DNA of 64,000 bases from positions 13,428 through 77,427 of the forward strand of contig CAYRBH010000002.1 of the NCBI GenBank assembly GCA_964422585.1. The letters are read 5' to 3'. The position numbers and the translations under genes are program-made. This stretch comes from an uncultured Gammaproteobacteria bacterium (GTDB taxonomy: Bacteria > Patescibacteriota > Patescibacteriia > UBA1558 > 2-01-FULL-52-15). The notes under the pieces are model-generated. The model was not told where the DNA came from and made no database searches. It saw only the letters and a list, made by a program, of their open reading frames with translations. Below, one piece after another: positions 40,016 to 51,597 of this stretch (position 1 is its first letter; each line of letters begins with the position of its first letter).

Positions 40016-40158
40016 GGGTTGATTTATTTTCAAAGCTTGCTATAGTGGTAACGCTTTGAAATCGAGCGGGAGTAGTTTCGCCCACCGGGCGATCACCCCG
40101 TGGGTGACATCGGTTGAGAAGCATGTTTGAGTAGTGAGAGTCAGTAGTTAGTTTTCGA

Positions 40159-40233
40159 GCGGGAGTAGTTCATCGGTAGAACGCTTCCTTGCCAAGGAAG
40201 AGGCGGCGGGTTCAATTCCCGTCTCCCGCTCCA
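40159..40233 (+). tRNA. tRNA-Gly(GCC)
   Basis: gcgggag...ctcccgc-t-cca; anticodon arm cttcc-tt-GCC-aa-ggaag. Confidence 0.95.
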
Positions 40234-40315
40234 TCGAGTGAGAACTCGTCCAAGACACAACCCTGTACTAGGGTTGTTGTCGTTTATGAAAAGTATTGCT
40301 ACAGTAGTATCGCTT

Positions 40316-40399
40316 GCCCGGGTGGTGGAATGGTATACACGAAGGACTTAAAATCCTTTGGCGCAAGCCTTGCGGGTTCGAGTCCCGCCCCGGGTACCA
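40316..40399 (+). tRNA. tRNA-Leu(TAA)
   Basis: gcccggg...cccgggt-a-cca; anticodon arm aagga-ct-TAA-aa-tcctt; long variable arm. Confidence 0.95.
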
Positions 40400-40518
40400 T
40401 TCGACTTACTACGCTTCGCGTAGTTCGCTCATGGTTTCGGCCCAGTAGGGTCTCAACCAACCGCTAAAAAATGTGCTAGACTAGTACTAGGTTTTTCTAA
40501 AAACTAACTATATACTCT

Positions 40519-40938
40519 ATGGTCCCTGTTAATTATCTTGCAGTCATTGTCGCTGCGGTCGCCAGTATGGTTATTGGTTCTCTGTGGTATGGTCCGCTCT
40601 TTGGAAAGCAATGGATGGCATTGATGGGGGTTACGAAAGAAAGCATGGCCGGAGCAAAGGTGAATATGGGCAAGCTCTATGCCATACAAGCAGTTGCCTC
40701 GTTGATCATGGCTTTTGTCTTGTCCCATGCATTGATTTTCGCAGCAACCTACTTACATGAGAGTGGTGTTTCTGCTGGATTGCAAACTGGTTTCTGGAAT
40801 TGGATCGGCTTCGTGGCTCCGGTGACACTCGGTTCAGTACTCTGGGAACAGAAATCATGGAAGTTGTGGCTTTTGAATAATGCGCATTATTTGGTGAGTT
40901 TGTGTATCATGGGAGTGATACTTGCCCTCTGGCAATAA
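40519..40938 (+). CDS. DUF1761-like membrane protein
   Basis: NYLAV..A.....IG.LWYGPLFGK.W motif. Confidence 0.8.
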   Translation: MVPVNYLAVIVAAVASMVIGSLWYGPLFGKQWMALMGVTKESMAGAKVNMGKLYAIQAVASLIMAFVLSHALIFAATYLHESGVSAGLQTGFWNWIGFVAPVTLGSVLWEQKSWKLWLLNNAHYLVSLCIMGVILALWQ

Positions 40939-40944
40939 CTCTTC

Positions 40945-41511
40945 ATGAAAAAAAGAGCTTTCATTATTCATGGTTGGGGAGGTTATCCTGAGGAAGCCTG
41001 GTTTCCTTGGTTGAAACAAGAACTAGAGTCGCGTGGTTTTGAAGTGCAGGTTCCGGCTATGCCGGATTCAGATACTCCGGTGATCGAAACATGGGTTTCG
41101 TTTTTGAGTAAACTCATTGGTGATCTTGACGAAAAAACGTATCTCATCGGACATAGTATTGGTTGTCAGGCAATACTCAGATACCTTGAGCGTCTGCCTG
41201 AGAACGTGAGAGTTGCAAAAGCGGTTTTTGTCGCAGGTTGGTTTACTTTGCAGGGTTTAGAAACAAAAGACGAAGAAAGAATTGCTGAACCCTGGCTTGA
41301 GCAACCGATTAACCTAGAAAAAGTTCGTGCGCATATTCAGGAAAACACTGCCATTTTTTCTGATGACGACCCCTTCGTTCCATTGATAGATAAGGATATT
41401 TTTTCGGAGAAACTTCAATCGAAGATTGTCATCGAACATGCAAAGGGCCATCTCAGCACTGAACATGGCATTACGGTATTGCCTAGTGTGTTGCAGGCAG
41501 TCATTGAATAA
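40945..41511 (+). CDS. RBBP9/YdeN family alpha/beta hydrolase
   Basis: IIHGW, WFPWL, GHSIG, SDDDP and GH motifs. Confidence 0.88.
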   Translation: MKKRAFIIHGWGGYPEEAWFPWLKQELESRGFEVQVPAMPDSDTPVIETWVSFLSKLIGDLDEKTYLIGHSIGCQAILRYLERLPENVRVAKAVFVAGWFTLQGLETKDEERIAEPWLEQPINLEKVRAHIQENTAIFSDDDPFVPLIDKDIFSEKLQSKIVIEHAKGHLSTEHGITVLPSVLQAVIE

Positions 41512-41552
41512 AAAAACCCCGCCGACCAAGTCGCTGCTTGATGGGCGGGGTT
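41510..41552. terminator. Terminator between convergent genes
   Basis: A tract followed by accccgcc...ggcggggt. Confidence 0.7.
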
Positions 41553-41568
41553 ACTGCTTTTTTCGAAA

Positions 41569-44600
<3,032 letters not shown>

Positions 44601-44703
44601 TGTGTATTCCTCCTCAAGTCGTGAGATGTACGGTGGGGGTAAGTAGTTTCGTTCTGTCAAAGGACATGAAATCCCACTTAGGCTTTCTGTGGGATGCAGA
44701 GCT

Positions 44704-44732
44704 ACCTTACGAAAAAATAGTGATAGGCGCAA
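44704..44732 (-). promoter_or_regulatory. Putative guaB-purA promoter
   Basis: TTGCGC-N17-TAAGGT on the minus strand. Confidence 0.5.
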
Positions 44733-44750
44733 GATCATTTTTTGTTCCAC

Positions 44751-44779
44751 TTGACAGGTTTTCAATAACCTGATATAGT
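44751..44779 (+). promoter_or_regulatory. Near-consensus sigma-70 promoter driving the non-coding unit
   Basis: TTGACA-N17-TATAGT; inverted repeat CAGGTT-N6-AACCTG (44755-44772) overlaps the spacer. Confidence 0.75.
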
Positions 44780-44785
44780 ACTTGA

Positions 44786-45744
44786 TTGTTACATATTTTG
44801 ATCTTTTTATCTTTGAAATAGTGGCCAAGAAAAGGCTAATTTTGTATCAAGTAGGCAGCCATGCTGTCTAATGAAAGCTGCTATCCAGACTCGTAATGAC
44901 GAGCATCTTGAGGATAGCAAGCTCAGCCGATACTTACTTGTTAACGGAAAGTATAAGGAATAGAGCAAGTTAGTCTTTTCTTGGCCATCGATAGACGTAT
45001 GGGACGTTTCGGCATGGTCAAGGAAGAGAGGTGCTGCTTGAGGCTCGGTCCGGGAGATTTTTTCCACACCATCATGAAAGACCAGTTGCGTAGCGACTCC
45101 GTGACCACGACCAAGGCCGTCGGCGCCGGCTCGGGCCAGACTCAGCCGACCTCCGCGACTTCCTGAAGCGCATGTACGTCGACGTACGCGCGGTTACGGT
45201 CCGCGTTCAGTAGGTCGGCACACAGGCGCTCGACGCCACAACTGTCAGCCGACAGGTGGTCGGCAGAGGAGCATGCGAAGATGCAGCTAAACGTCAAGAA
45301 GGGGGGCGCGGTTCCCGCGTTCGACGCGCAGCGTCGCTGACATCATCACGGTCGAAAGACCAACAGTTGCCTCTGCTAAGAGGGGGTAGAGCTCGCACAT
45401 GCGGCAGACCAACCGGGTAGCACAAGGATTATATCCTTCCCTCCCAACAGGTCGTGCCCGCGCCAGCACAAGACCCCATGGTGAGCCGCACCCGATCGAC
45501 CCTACGTTTGTGAGGACTCCCAAACCTCACCTCATTCATCGCAGCGAGCGGCGGCCTCTGTAGCGCCACTCAACCCCACGCGATGGGCGCGTAATGCCGA
45601 CCCTACCAGGTCGCGCGAACGTCCGCCGGCCGGCGATAGTGAGACCGCATCAAGCGGTGGGTGCACAGGTCAACCTGTGCAGTTTCTGTCCCTGGGGGAC
45701 CTTCGGGCGTTCGCAAGAACGTTCGTTGGTCCCCCTTTTATTTT
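44786..45744 (+). ncRNA. Candidate large structured non-coding RNA (family unknown)
   Basis: Upstream promoter, terminator at 45694-45744, no convincing ORF, more than 15 hairpins or nested stems; GNRA loops and G-U pairs favour the + strand. Confidence 0.65.
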
Positions 45745-45878
45745 CCTAAGATTTCTGATTGCATTTTTTATCGCCTATGATAGTATCGTGCAAGATTCCG
45801 TAAAATTTACGGATCGTTCATTTCTAACACTAATTGTTTCTTTTCTCAGCCAAGATGGCTGATCAAGGAGGAGACTGA

Positions 45879-46805
45879 ATGACCACTCCGGCCGCTGCGA
45901 AGAGCCTGAAGTCTGTCCGCAAGCCGACCGCTCCCTCGTCCGGGGTCGTTCTCGAGATCCCCTTGGGATTGATCCGTAATTTCGTCGGACAGCCCAGGAA
46001 ACATTTCAACCAGGCACGTTTGGCCGAGCTTGCTACGAGTATCAAGAAGCACCGTCAGATCACGCCGGGGATGGTCATCGAACTCCCTCCGGGCGAGGTG
46101 TACCGTTACGAACTGGTCGATGGTGAACGTCGTTTCATCGCTTGTAAGATGGCCGACACGAAGATCTTCCGCGCTGAAGTGGTAACGGTCACGGATTCGA
46201 GAGAACAGCTTCTCAGGTCGGCGATCGCGAACTACCATCGCGAGCCGCATACAGCCCTCGAGGATGCTGAGACCTGTCGTCGGCTTGCTGAGATCTATGA
46301 GATGTCATGGCCGGAGGTTGCGGCCACGCTCGGCAAGTCTCTCACATGGGTGACACAGTCTCGTATCCCGCTGCTCCAGCTGGATAAGCGGGTGCAGGCG
46401 ATGATCGAGCCCTCATCCTCGAAGTTGGGCGAGCTGCCCGTTCTGATGGCGGTCGAGCTGACCAAGGTGCCAGCGACTAAGCAGTATCAGATGGCGGTGA
46501 AGGCCGTGCATGACGAGATGCGTTTATCCGATATGCGCCACGCCGTTCGCCGTTTCCAGAACAAGACCGGCTACCGACATGGTACGAGGCGTATTCGTAC
46601 CCCCGGCGATGACTACAAGTCGATTACTACGTTCTATCGGAGATCTACTGCTGATGCGCAGCTGTGGCTCTCCATGACTCCTGTGGCGCTCGCGAAGATG
46701 TTCGAGAACCGTCCGGAGATGGACTATCGGCGGTTGCTCAAAGCATCGGCGAACGCGGCCATCATCTATGGCCGTCTGATGAAGAAGATCCAGGATTTGA
46801 AGTAG
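45879..46805 (+). CDS. Orphan ParB/RepB/Spo0J-family protein
   Basis: QPRK.F, L..SI, YELVDGERR and an HTH (WPEVAATLGKS..WV); SD AAGGAGG; no adjacent parA. Confidence 0.85.
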   Translation: MTTPAAAKSLKSVRKPTAPSSGVVLEIPLGLIRNFVGQPRKHFNQARLAELATSIKKHRQITPGMVIELPPGEVYRYELVDGERRFIACKMADTKIFRAEVVTVTDSREQLLRSAIANYHREPHTALEDAETCRRLAEIYEMSWPEVAATLGKSLTWVTQSRIPLLQLDKRVQAMIEPSSSKLGELPVLMAVELTKVPATKQYQMAVKAVHDEMRLSDMRHAVRRFQNKTGYRHGTRRIRTPGDDYKSITTFYRRSTADAQLWLSMTPVALAKMFENRPEMDYRRLLKASANAAIIYGRLMKKIQDLK

Positions 46806-46852
46806 TCAGTACGCACCCGTTCCTTCCTACACGCGGCACAAGGGAGATGATT

Positions 46853-48133
46853 ATGTCTCGTAAACAGATTGAGTTGAGCCCCGAAGAGTTGGCAGAGGCT
46901 GCTCAGTTTGCGCGCGAGGCAGAAGAGCTTCACGCGCAACTCGATACAGGTACTGATCCGGTGATCGAAGAACCGTCTCGGGCTTTGAGGCCGATCGCTG
47001 AACGTAAGCCTCGATCGGCCAAGGGTCAGCCGAGCTCGACTTCTAAACAGCAGGCAACACTGGCAAGGCTCAAGAAAAAGGATCCTTACTCGGTGGTCCC
47101 GTTCACGCAGTATCTGCACGAGATGAGCCGGCACAGTCTGATCGACTATGACAAGGAGCAGGAGACGTTCACGCGTCTCGGAGAGCATCGGGTCAAGTTG
47201 CAGCTCTTGGCTGGCGGTTTGTCCGAGCACTGTCGCGCGTTCTGCGAGAAGGAGTCTGAGTTCGAGATGGCGAATGAGGAGTGGCGTTTCACTGACATAG
47301 AGAGTTTCGTGGGACGCCTCAGGTTCTACCATGGGGAGCCTCGGGTCTCTGACGAGGTCTTTGCTGAGGCGCGGAGCCACCTCAATGCCATCAGGGCTGC
47401 TCGGGATGAGATGATCCACGCGAACTTGCGTCTGGTCATTCACATCGCGAAGAAGTACCTGACGCACGGCGTTCCGTTCATGGACCTGATCCAGGAGGGT
47501 AATGTCGGTCTCATGAAGGCCGTCGAAAAGTTCGAGTACAAGCGAGGCAACAAGTTCTCTACGTACTCGTACTGGTGGATCAAGCAGTCGATCGAGCGGG
47601 CCATCGCGGACAAGGGACGACTCATCCGTGTTCCAGTGCATAAGCAAGAGAAGATCAAGAAGATGCAGCGCGTGTTGCGCGAACTGCCGGATGGCTTGAG
47701 TCGCACGGAAAGAGCGGCCGAGGTCGCGAAACGGCTCCGGTGGGCCTTGGGTCAGGTCGAGTCGCTCATGCTGGTCGTCGAGGAGCCAATGAACCTCGAT
47801 GATTTCATCGACGATTCGCATGAGCAAAACTTCCACATGCTTGTTGCTGATCCGCAAGCTGTCGATGGCGAGGAACAGTATGAGCAGCAGCAGTTCCGAG
47901 AGCGCGTGCGTGCCTTGCTGCACCAGATCAAGGAACCGCGGGATCGGTACATACTCGACTTGCGCTTCGGGATTAGCAGTGGTACGCCGATGACCCTCGA
48001 GGATATCGGTCGGAAGTTATATCTCTCCCGCGAACGGATACGCCAGCTTGAAACATTAGCGATGAATCAGATCCGTGAGTATTTGGACACTGACACCGCT
48101 GAGCTGCGGACACTTCACGAGTTACTGCAATGA
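46853..48133 (+). CDS. RpoD/RpoS-like sigma-70 factor (non-primary paralog)
   Basis: ANLRLVIHIAKKY, DLIQEGNVGLMKAVEKF, KFSTYSYWWIKQ and region 4 TLEDIG...SRERIRQLE; SD AGGGAG. Confidence 0.9.
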   Translation: MSRKQIELSPEELAEAAQFAREAEELHAQLDTGTDPVIEEPSRALRPIAERKPRSAKGQPSSTSKQQATLARLKKKDPYSVVPFTQYLHEMSRHSLIDYDKEQETFTRLGEHRVKLQLLAGGLSEHCRAFCEKESEFEMANEEWRFTDIESFVGRLRFYHGEPRVSDEVFAEARSHLNAIRAARDEMIHANLRLVIHIAKKYLTHGVPFMDLIQEGNVGLMKAVEKFEYKRGNKFSTYSYWWIKQSIERAIADKGRLIRVPVHKQEKIKKMQRVLRELPDGLSRTERAAEVAKRLRWALGQVESLMLVVEEPMNLDDFIDDSHEQNFHMLVADPQAVDGEEQYEQQQFRERVRALLHQIKEPRDRYILDLRFGISSGTPMTLEDIGRKLYLSRERIRQLETLAMNQIREYLDTDTAELRTLHELLQ

Positions 48134-48152
48134 GGGGCAGAGCATCAACTAA

Positions 48153-48205
48153 CAAGGGGTCGGACAGACTAAAGCAACATCGCGTCCGGCCCCTTTTCAT
48201 TTTTT
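48153..48205 (+). terminator. Intrinsic terminator after the sigma gene
   Basis: aaggggtcggac...gtccggcccctt followed by T tracts. Confidence 0.75.
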
Positions 48206-48275
48206 CATTCTATTTTTTATGAAAGACGAGTATAGTCTTGAAGAAAGGCTTGCTATAGTGTACAATCCTTTGAAC

Positions 48276-49010
48276 ATGAGTTCTCCCATCGAGATACATT
48301 TAGACAAGGTTACGAAAACGTATAAGAATGGCTTTCAGGCATTGAAAGGCATCTCTCTGGATATTTACAAAGGAGAGATTTTCGCTTTATTAGGGCCGAA
48401 TGGCGCTGGCAAGACTACCATCATTAATATTATTGCTGGTCTTACGCGGAAAACCTCAGGCGAAGTTCTGGTCCAAGGAAAAGATGTTGAGAAAGACTAT
48501 CGCTTCACGCGTTCGAAGATCGGCTTGGTGCAGCAAGAGGTGAATACCGATTTCTTTTTGAAAATTTTCGAAGTGATTAAGTATCAGGGCGGCTACTATG
48601 GCAAAACGGATCTTGACGCACGCGTCGAAGAGATCCTGAAGAAACTGCATTTCTGGGATAAAAAAGATCAGCCAGGAAGATTCTTATCTGGCGGTATGAA
48701 GCGACGGATCATGATAGCGAAAGCGTTGATCCACGATCCTGAGATCATTTTTCTGGATGAACCAACGGCTGGCGTTGATGTCGAGTTGCGCGCTGACTTG
48801 TGGGACACGATACGTGAGATGAAGTCACTCGGGAAAACGATCATTCTCACTACGCATTATCTCGAAGAAGCGGAAGACTTGGCTGATCGCATCGGCATTA
48901 TCAGCGGAGGAGAGCTGCAATTAGTCGAGGATAAGAAAACATTGATGCAGCGCTACGGCACGAAGCTGCAGGATATATACCTTGAGGTGATACAGAAAGG
49001 AGTGAAATAA
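48276..49010 (+). CDS. ABC-2 type transporter ATP-binding protein (YadG-like)
   Basis: GPNGAGKT, LSGGMKRR and LDEPT motifs. Confidence 0.92.
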   Translation: MSSPIEIHLDKVTKTYKNGFQALKGISLDIYKGEIFALLGPNGAGKTTIINIIAGLTRKTSGEVLVQGKDVEKDYRFTRSKIGLVQQEVNTDFFLKIFEVIKYQGGYYGKTDLDARVEEILKKLHFWDKKDQPGRFLSGGMKRRIMIAKALIHDPEIIFLDEPTAGVDVELRADLWDTIREMKSLGKTIILTTHYLEEAEDLADRIGIISGGELQLVEDKKTLMQRYGTKLQDIYLEVIQKGVK

Positions 49011-49011
49011 G

Positions 49012-49773
49012 ATGAATCTCATTGGCGTCAAGACACTCATGAAGAAAGAGCTGGTGCGCTTCATCCGCGTGCCGCTGCAAACGATCGCCACGCCGGTCAT
49101 TACGACGGTGCTGTATTTCGCGGTGTTCAGCACATCGATCGGTAGTCGTATTGGTTCAGTGCAGGGTCTAAGATATGGAGAATTCATCATGCCGGGACTG
49201 CTCATGATGAACTTGGTTATGACGGCATTCGAGGGCATTGCGTCAGGCATTATGCTCACGAAATTCATGAATACGATGACGGATATTTTGGTAAGTCCAA
49301 TGTCCTATGGCGAAATTATCTTAGGCTTCGTGGCTTCATCGACCATTCGTACCATGATCACCGGAACAATCCTCTACGGCACGGCATTATTTTTCATACC
49401 ATTCCGCGTTGATCATCCGTTCTTTCTCATCGGATTTTGTATCTTAGTCTGTCTGATCTTTTCTTTGATAGGACTGGTGATCGGCATCTGGGCGGATGAT
49501 TTTGAAAAGCTCAGCATCATCCCCACCTTCCTCCTAACGCCATTGAGCTTTTTGGGTGGCGTTTTTTATTCGACGACAATGCTGCCGAAGCTCGCGCAGA
49601 TGATAGCGGTGTATAATCCGCTGCTCTATATGATCAACGGCATGCGCTATGGTTTCTATAGCATCTCTGATGTTGCTCCTGTGTTCGCGGTGAGTGTGCT
49701 GGTCATCATGACAGTTGCCATGATCTGGTTCACTCTGTATCTTTTTAAAATCGGTTATAAGCTGAGGAGCTGA
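49012..49773 (+). CDS. ABC-2 type transporter permease (YadH-like)
   Basis: F..PGL.MM, FLGGVFYS and NP..YMING.RYGF motifs. Confidence 0.9.
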   Translation: MNLIGVKTLMKKELVRFIRVPLQTIATPVITTVLYFAVFSTSIGSRIGSVQGLRYGEFIMPGLLMMNLVMTAFEGIASGIMLTKFMNTMTDILVSPMSYGEIILGFVASSTIRTMITGTILYGTALFFIPFRVDHPFFLIGFCILVCLIFSLIGLVIGIWADDFEKLSIIPTFLLTPLSFLGGVFYSTTMLPKLAQMIAVYNPLLYMINGMRYGFYSISDVAPVFAVSVLVIMTVAMIWFTLYLFKIGYKLRS

Positions 49774-49919
49774 TACTCGAGACGCCTTGCGTTATAAGGC
49801 TATTTTCAGTAAGGTTGGGCTGTCAGTTGCCTAATAGTAGGAGGGCGGGAATACTCCCGCTTTTCTGATTTTTTGGCGAAGTTCATTAACACGTGTAACT
49901 ACGTAGAGAAGGGTTACCC

Positions 49920-50267
49920 ATGAAGCGCAACCTGACTGATGTGATGCATCCGAAACTCGTCCGAGATAAGATCCCCGATAGGATACGTAGAGATCAGCGT
50001 ATCCCGGTGACGCGGGAGGCCTTGCCGGAGGAGCGTCTGGGTTTTGTGGTGGCAAAGCTCTGTGAGGAAGCGCGCGAGCTCCATGACAATCCCGATGCTA
50101 AGGAATACGCTGATGTTCTCGACGTCGTGCGGCTGCTCCGGATCGAATTCGAAAAAAAATTCGACAAGAAGTTTCTCGGCGCCGAACGTCGACGCAAGAA
50201 GAAGGAAAACGGTGGCTTTCGTAAGTTCATCATCTTGGTGGACATTCAAGAGTCTTCATCAGTCTGA
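49920..50267 (+). CDS. MazG-like/PRA-PH-like NTP pyrophosphohydrolase
   Basis: KLVRDKIP...KL.EEA.E....EYADVLDV motif. Confidence 0.75.
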   Translation: MKRNLTDVMHPKLVRDKIPDRIRRDQRIPVTREALPEERLGFVVAKLCEEARELHDNPDAKEYADVLDVVRLLRIEFEKKFDKKFLGAERRRKKKENGGFRKFIILVDIQESSSV

Positions 50268-50294
50268 CAGCAGTGCTGTCAGCGGGAGGATCGC

Positions 50295-51572
50295 ATGAGC
50301 CGCAATGTCATGGTCGTCGGCAGCGGCGGCCGTGAAGGGTCGCTGTTGCATAAGTTGAGCGGATCGCCGCACAAGAAGAAGCTGTTCTGCTCACCCGGGA
50401 TCGGTAATGCGCATGAGATGGGCGTTTTGAATACCGGCATCGCCCAGGACGATATCCTTGGGATCGTCGCATTCGCGAAGAAGCATCACATCGAGCTCAC
50501 GGTCCCTGGTCCGGATGTGGTGTTCGCCGCGGGGATCGCGGACGCATTTCGCGCGGCCAAGCTCCGGATTGTCGGGCCTACTCAGGCGGCCGCGCGCGTC
50601 GAATCCTCGAAGGTGTTCGCCAAGCGCCAGATGCAACGTCTGGGCATACCTACGGCGGCCTTCGAGGTTGCCTATTCGATGAGTGAGGCGCTCGACATTC
50701 TGGGTCGACGCTCATTCCCGTGCGTGATCAAGCTGGATCGCCTCGCTCGAGGTACCGGCGCTACGCCCGTGCATTCCTATTCGGCGGGCATCGCAGTTCT
50801 CTCAGGGTACTATCAGAAGAACCCGAGAGAGGCCATCCTGATCGAAGATTTCCTCGTGGGGCATGAGGTGTCTACCCATGCGCTCTGCAGTGGAAATCGA
50901 GTCCTCATGTTTCAGGGGGCACGTGATTACAAAACGCTCAACGGCAGGAATACCGGCGGTATGGGTGCCTACTCTCCGGTACCCGACATCGACGATGCCT
51001 TCTTGGCGCAGGTCAGGCAGGTCGCTATCGATCCGCTACTTCGGATGCTCGCGAAAGCTGGCACTCCATTCGATGGTTGTTTGTACCCGGGACTCATGGT
51101 AACTGCCGAAGGGATCATGGTGATCGAGTACAACTGTCGCTTCGGCGACCCTGAGGCGCAGGTGTTCATGCGCAGACTTGGAAATGAGAGCGATCTTTTG
51201 CTACTTCTCGAGTCATGCGCTGACGACAACCTGGACACCACTCCATTGCACTGGAACGCTGAACCTGCCGTGTGCGTGGTGCTGGCTTCGGCGGGCTACG
51301 GCGTGCCGGGTGCTCTCTGCCCGTCCTCAGAGTATCCGTCGATGCCGATCAGTGGCTTGCGAGAAGCCATGAAGGTGCCTGGCGTGGAGATATTTCACGC
51401 GGGTACCCGACTCGAGAAGGGTGTGTACTGGACCAATGGTGGTCGCGTGCTGAACGTCACTGCAGTCGGCGCAACACTTGCCGAAGCCCGTGCGCGCGCC
51501 TACGCCGCGGTTGCCTTGATTCACTTCGACGGTATGCAGTACCGTCTGGACATCGGCGAGGTAGCAGCATAA
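50295..51572 (+). CDS. purD: Phosphoribosylamine--glycine ligase
   Basis: VGSGGRE, ESSK.FAK, NTGGMGAYSP, EYNCRFGDPE and T.GGRVL motifs. Confidence 0.93.
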   Translation: MSRNVMVVGSGGREGSLLHKLSGSPHKKKLFCSPGIGNAHEMGVLNTGIAQDDILGIVAFAKKHHIELTVPGPDVVFAAGIADAFRAAKLRIVGPTQAAARVESSKVFAKRQMQRLGIPTAAFEVAYSMSEALDILGRRSFPCVIKLDRLARGTGATPVHSYSAGIAVLSGYYQKNPREAILIEDFLVGHEVSTHALCSGNRVLMFQGARDYKTLNGRNTGGMGAYSPVPDIDDAFLAQVRQVAIDPLLRMLAKAGTPFDGCLYPGLMVTAEGIMVIEYNCRFGDPEAQVFMRRLGNESDLLLLLESCADDNLDTTPLHWNAEPAVCVVLASAGYGVPGALCPSSEYPSMPISGLREAMKVPGVEIFHAGTRLEKGVYWTNGGRVLNVTAVGATLAEARARAYAAVALIHFDGMQYRLDIGEVAA

Positions 51573-51597
51573 CCACGCTGACAGAGAGGAGATAGTC

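Noticed and set aside
44601-44700. Purine, ZTP or PRPP riboswitch upstream of guaB (also checked upstream of purD and pyrF)
   Set aside because: Conserved aptamer sequences were not seen, only single hairpins.
44601-44828. N-terminal extensions given in the ORF track for guaB (also the sigma from 46664 and tyrS from 9503)
   Set aside because: They overlap promoters or neighbouring genes; SD sites and homology favour starts at 44600, 46853 and 9464.
45074-45340. Short ORFs inside the ncRNA candidate (30 aa from 45074; 19 aa from 45281 after GAGGAG)
   Set aside because: Too short and featureless, and embedded in stems. They cannot be excluded but are unsupported.
45295-45345. gggggg...ttcgac resembling a tmRNA 5' end
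   Set aside because: No matching T arm, acceptor stem or CCA 3' end, and no tag reading frame ending in Ala-Ala.
44786-45744. RNase P RNA, SRP RNA or group II intron as the identity of the large RNA
   Set aside because: No GAGGAAAGUCC/P4 motif, no GGAA-loop SRP domain IV, no recognisable domain V and no interrupted host gene or maturase.
46766-47923. Long antisense ORFs (385 aa here; also 12558-13337, 13473-14132, 52125-52934)
   Set aside because: Shadow frames of GC-rich genes; the opposite strand carries the recognisable motifs or SD and signal peptides.
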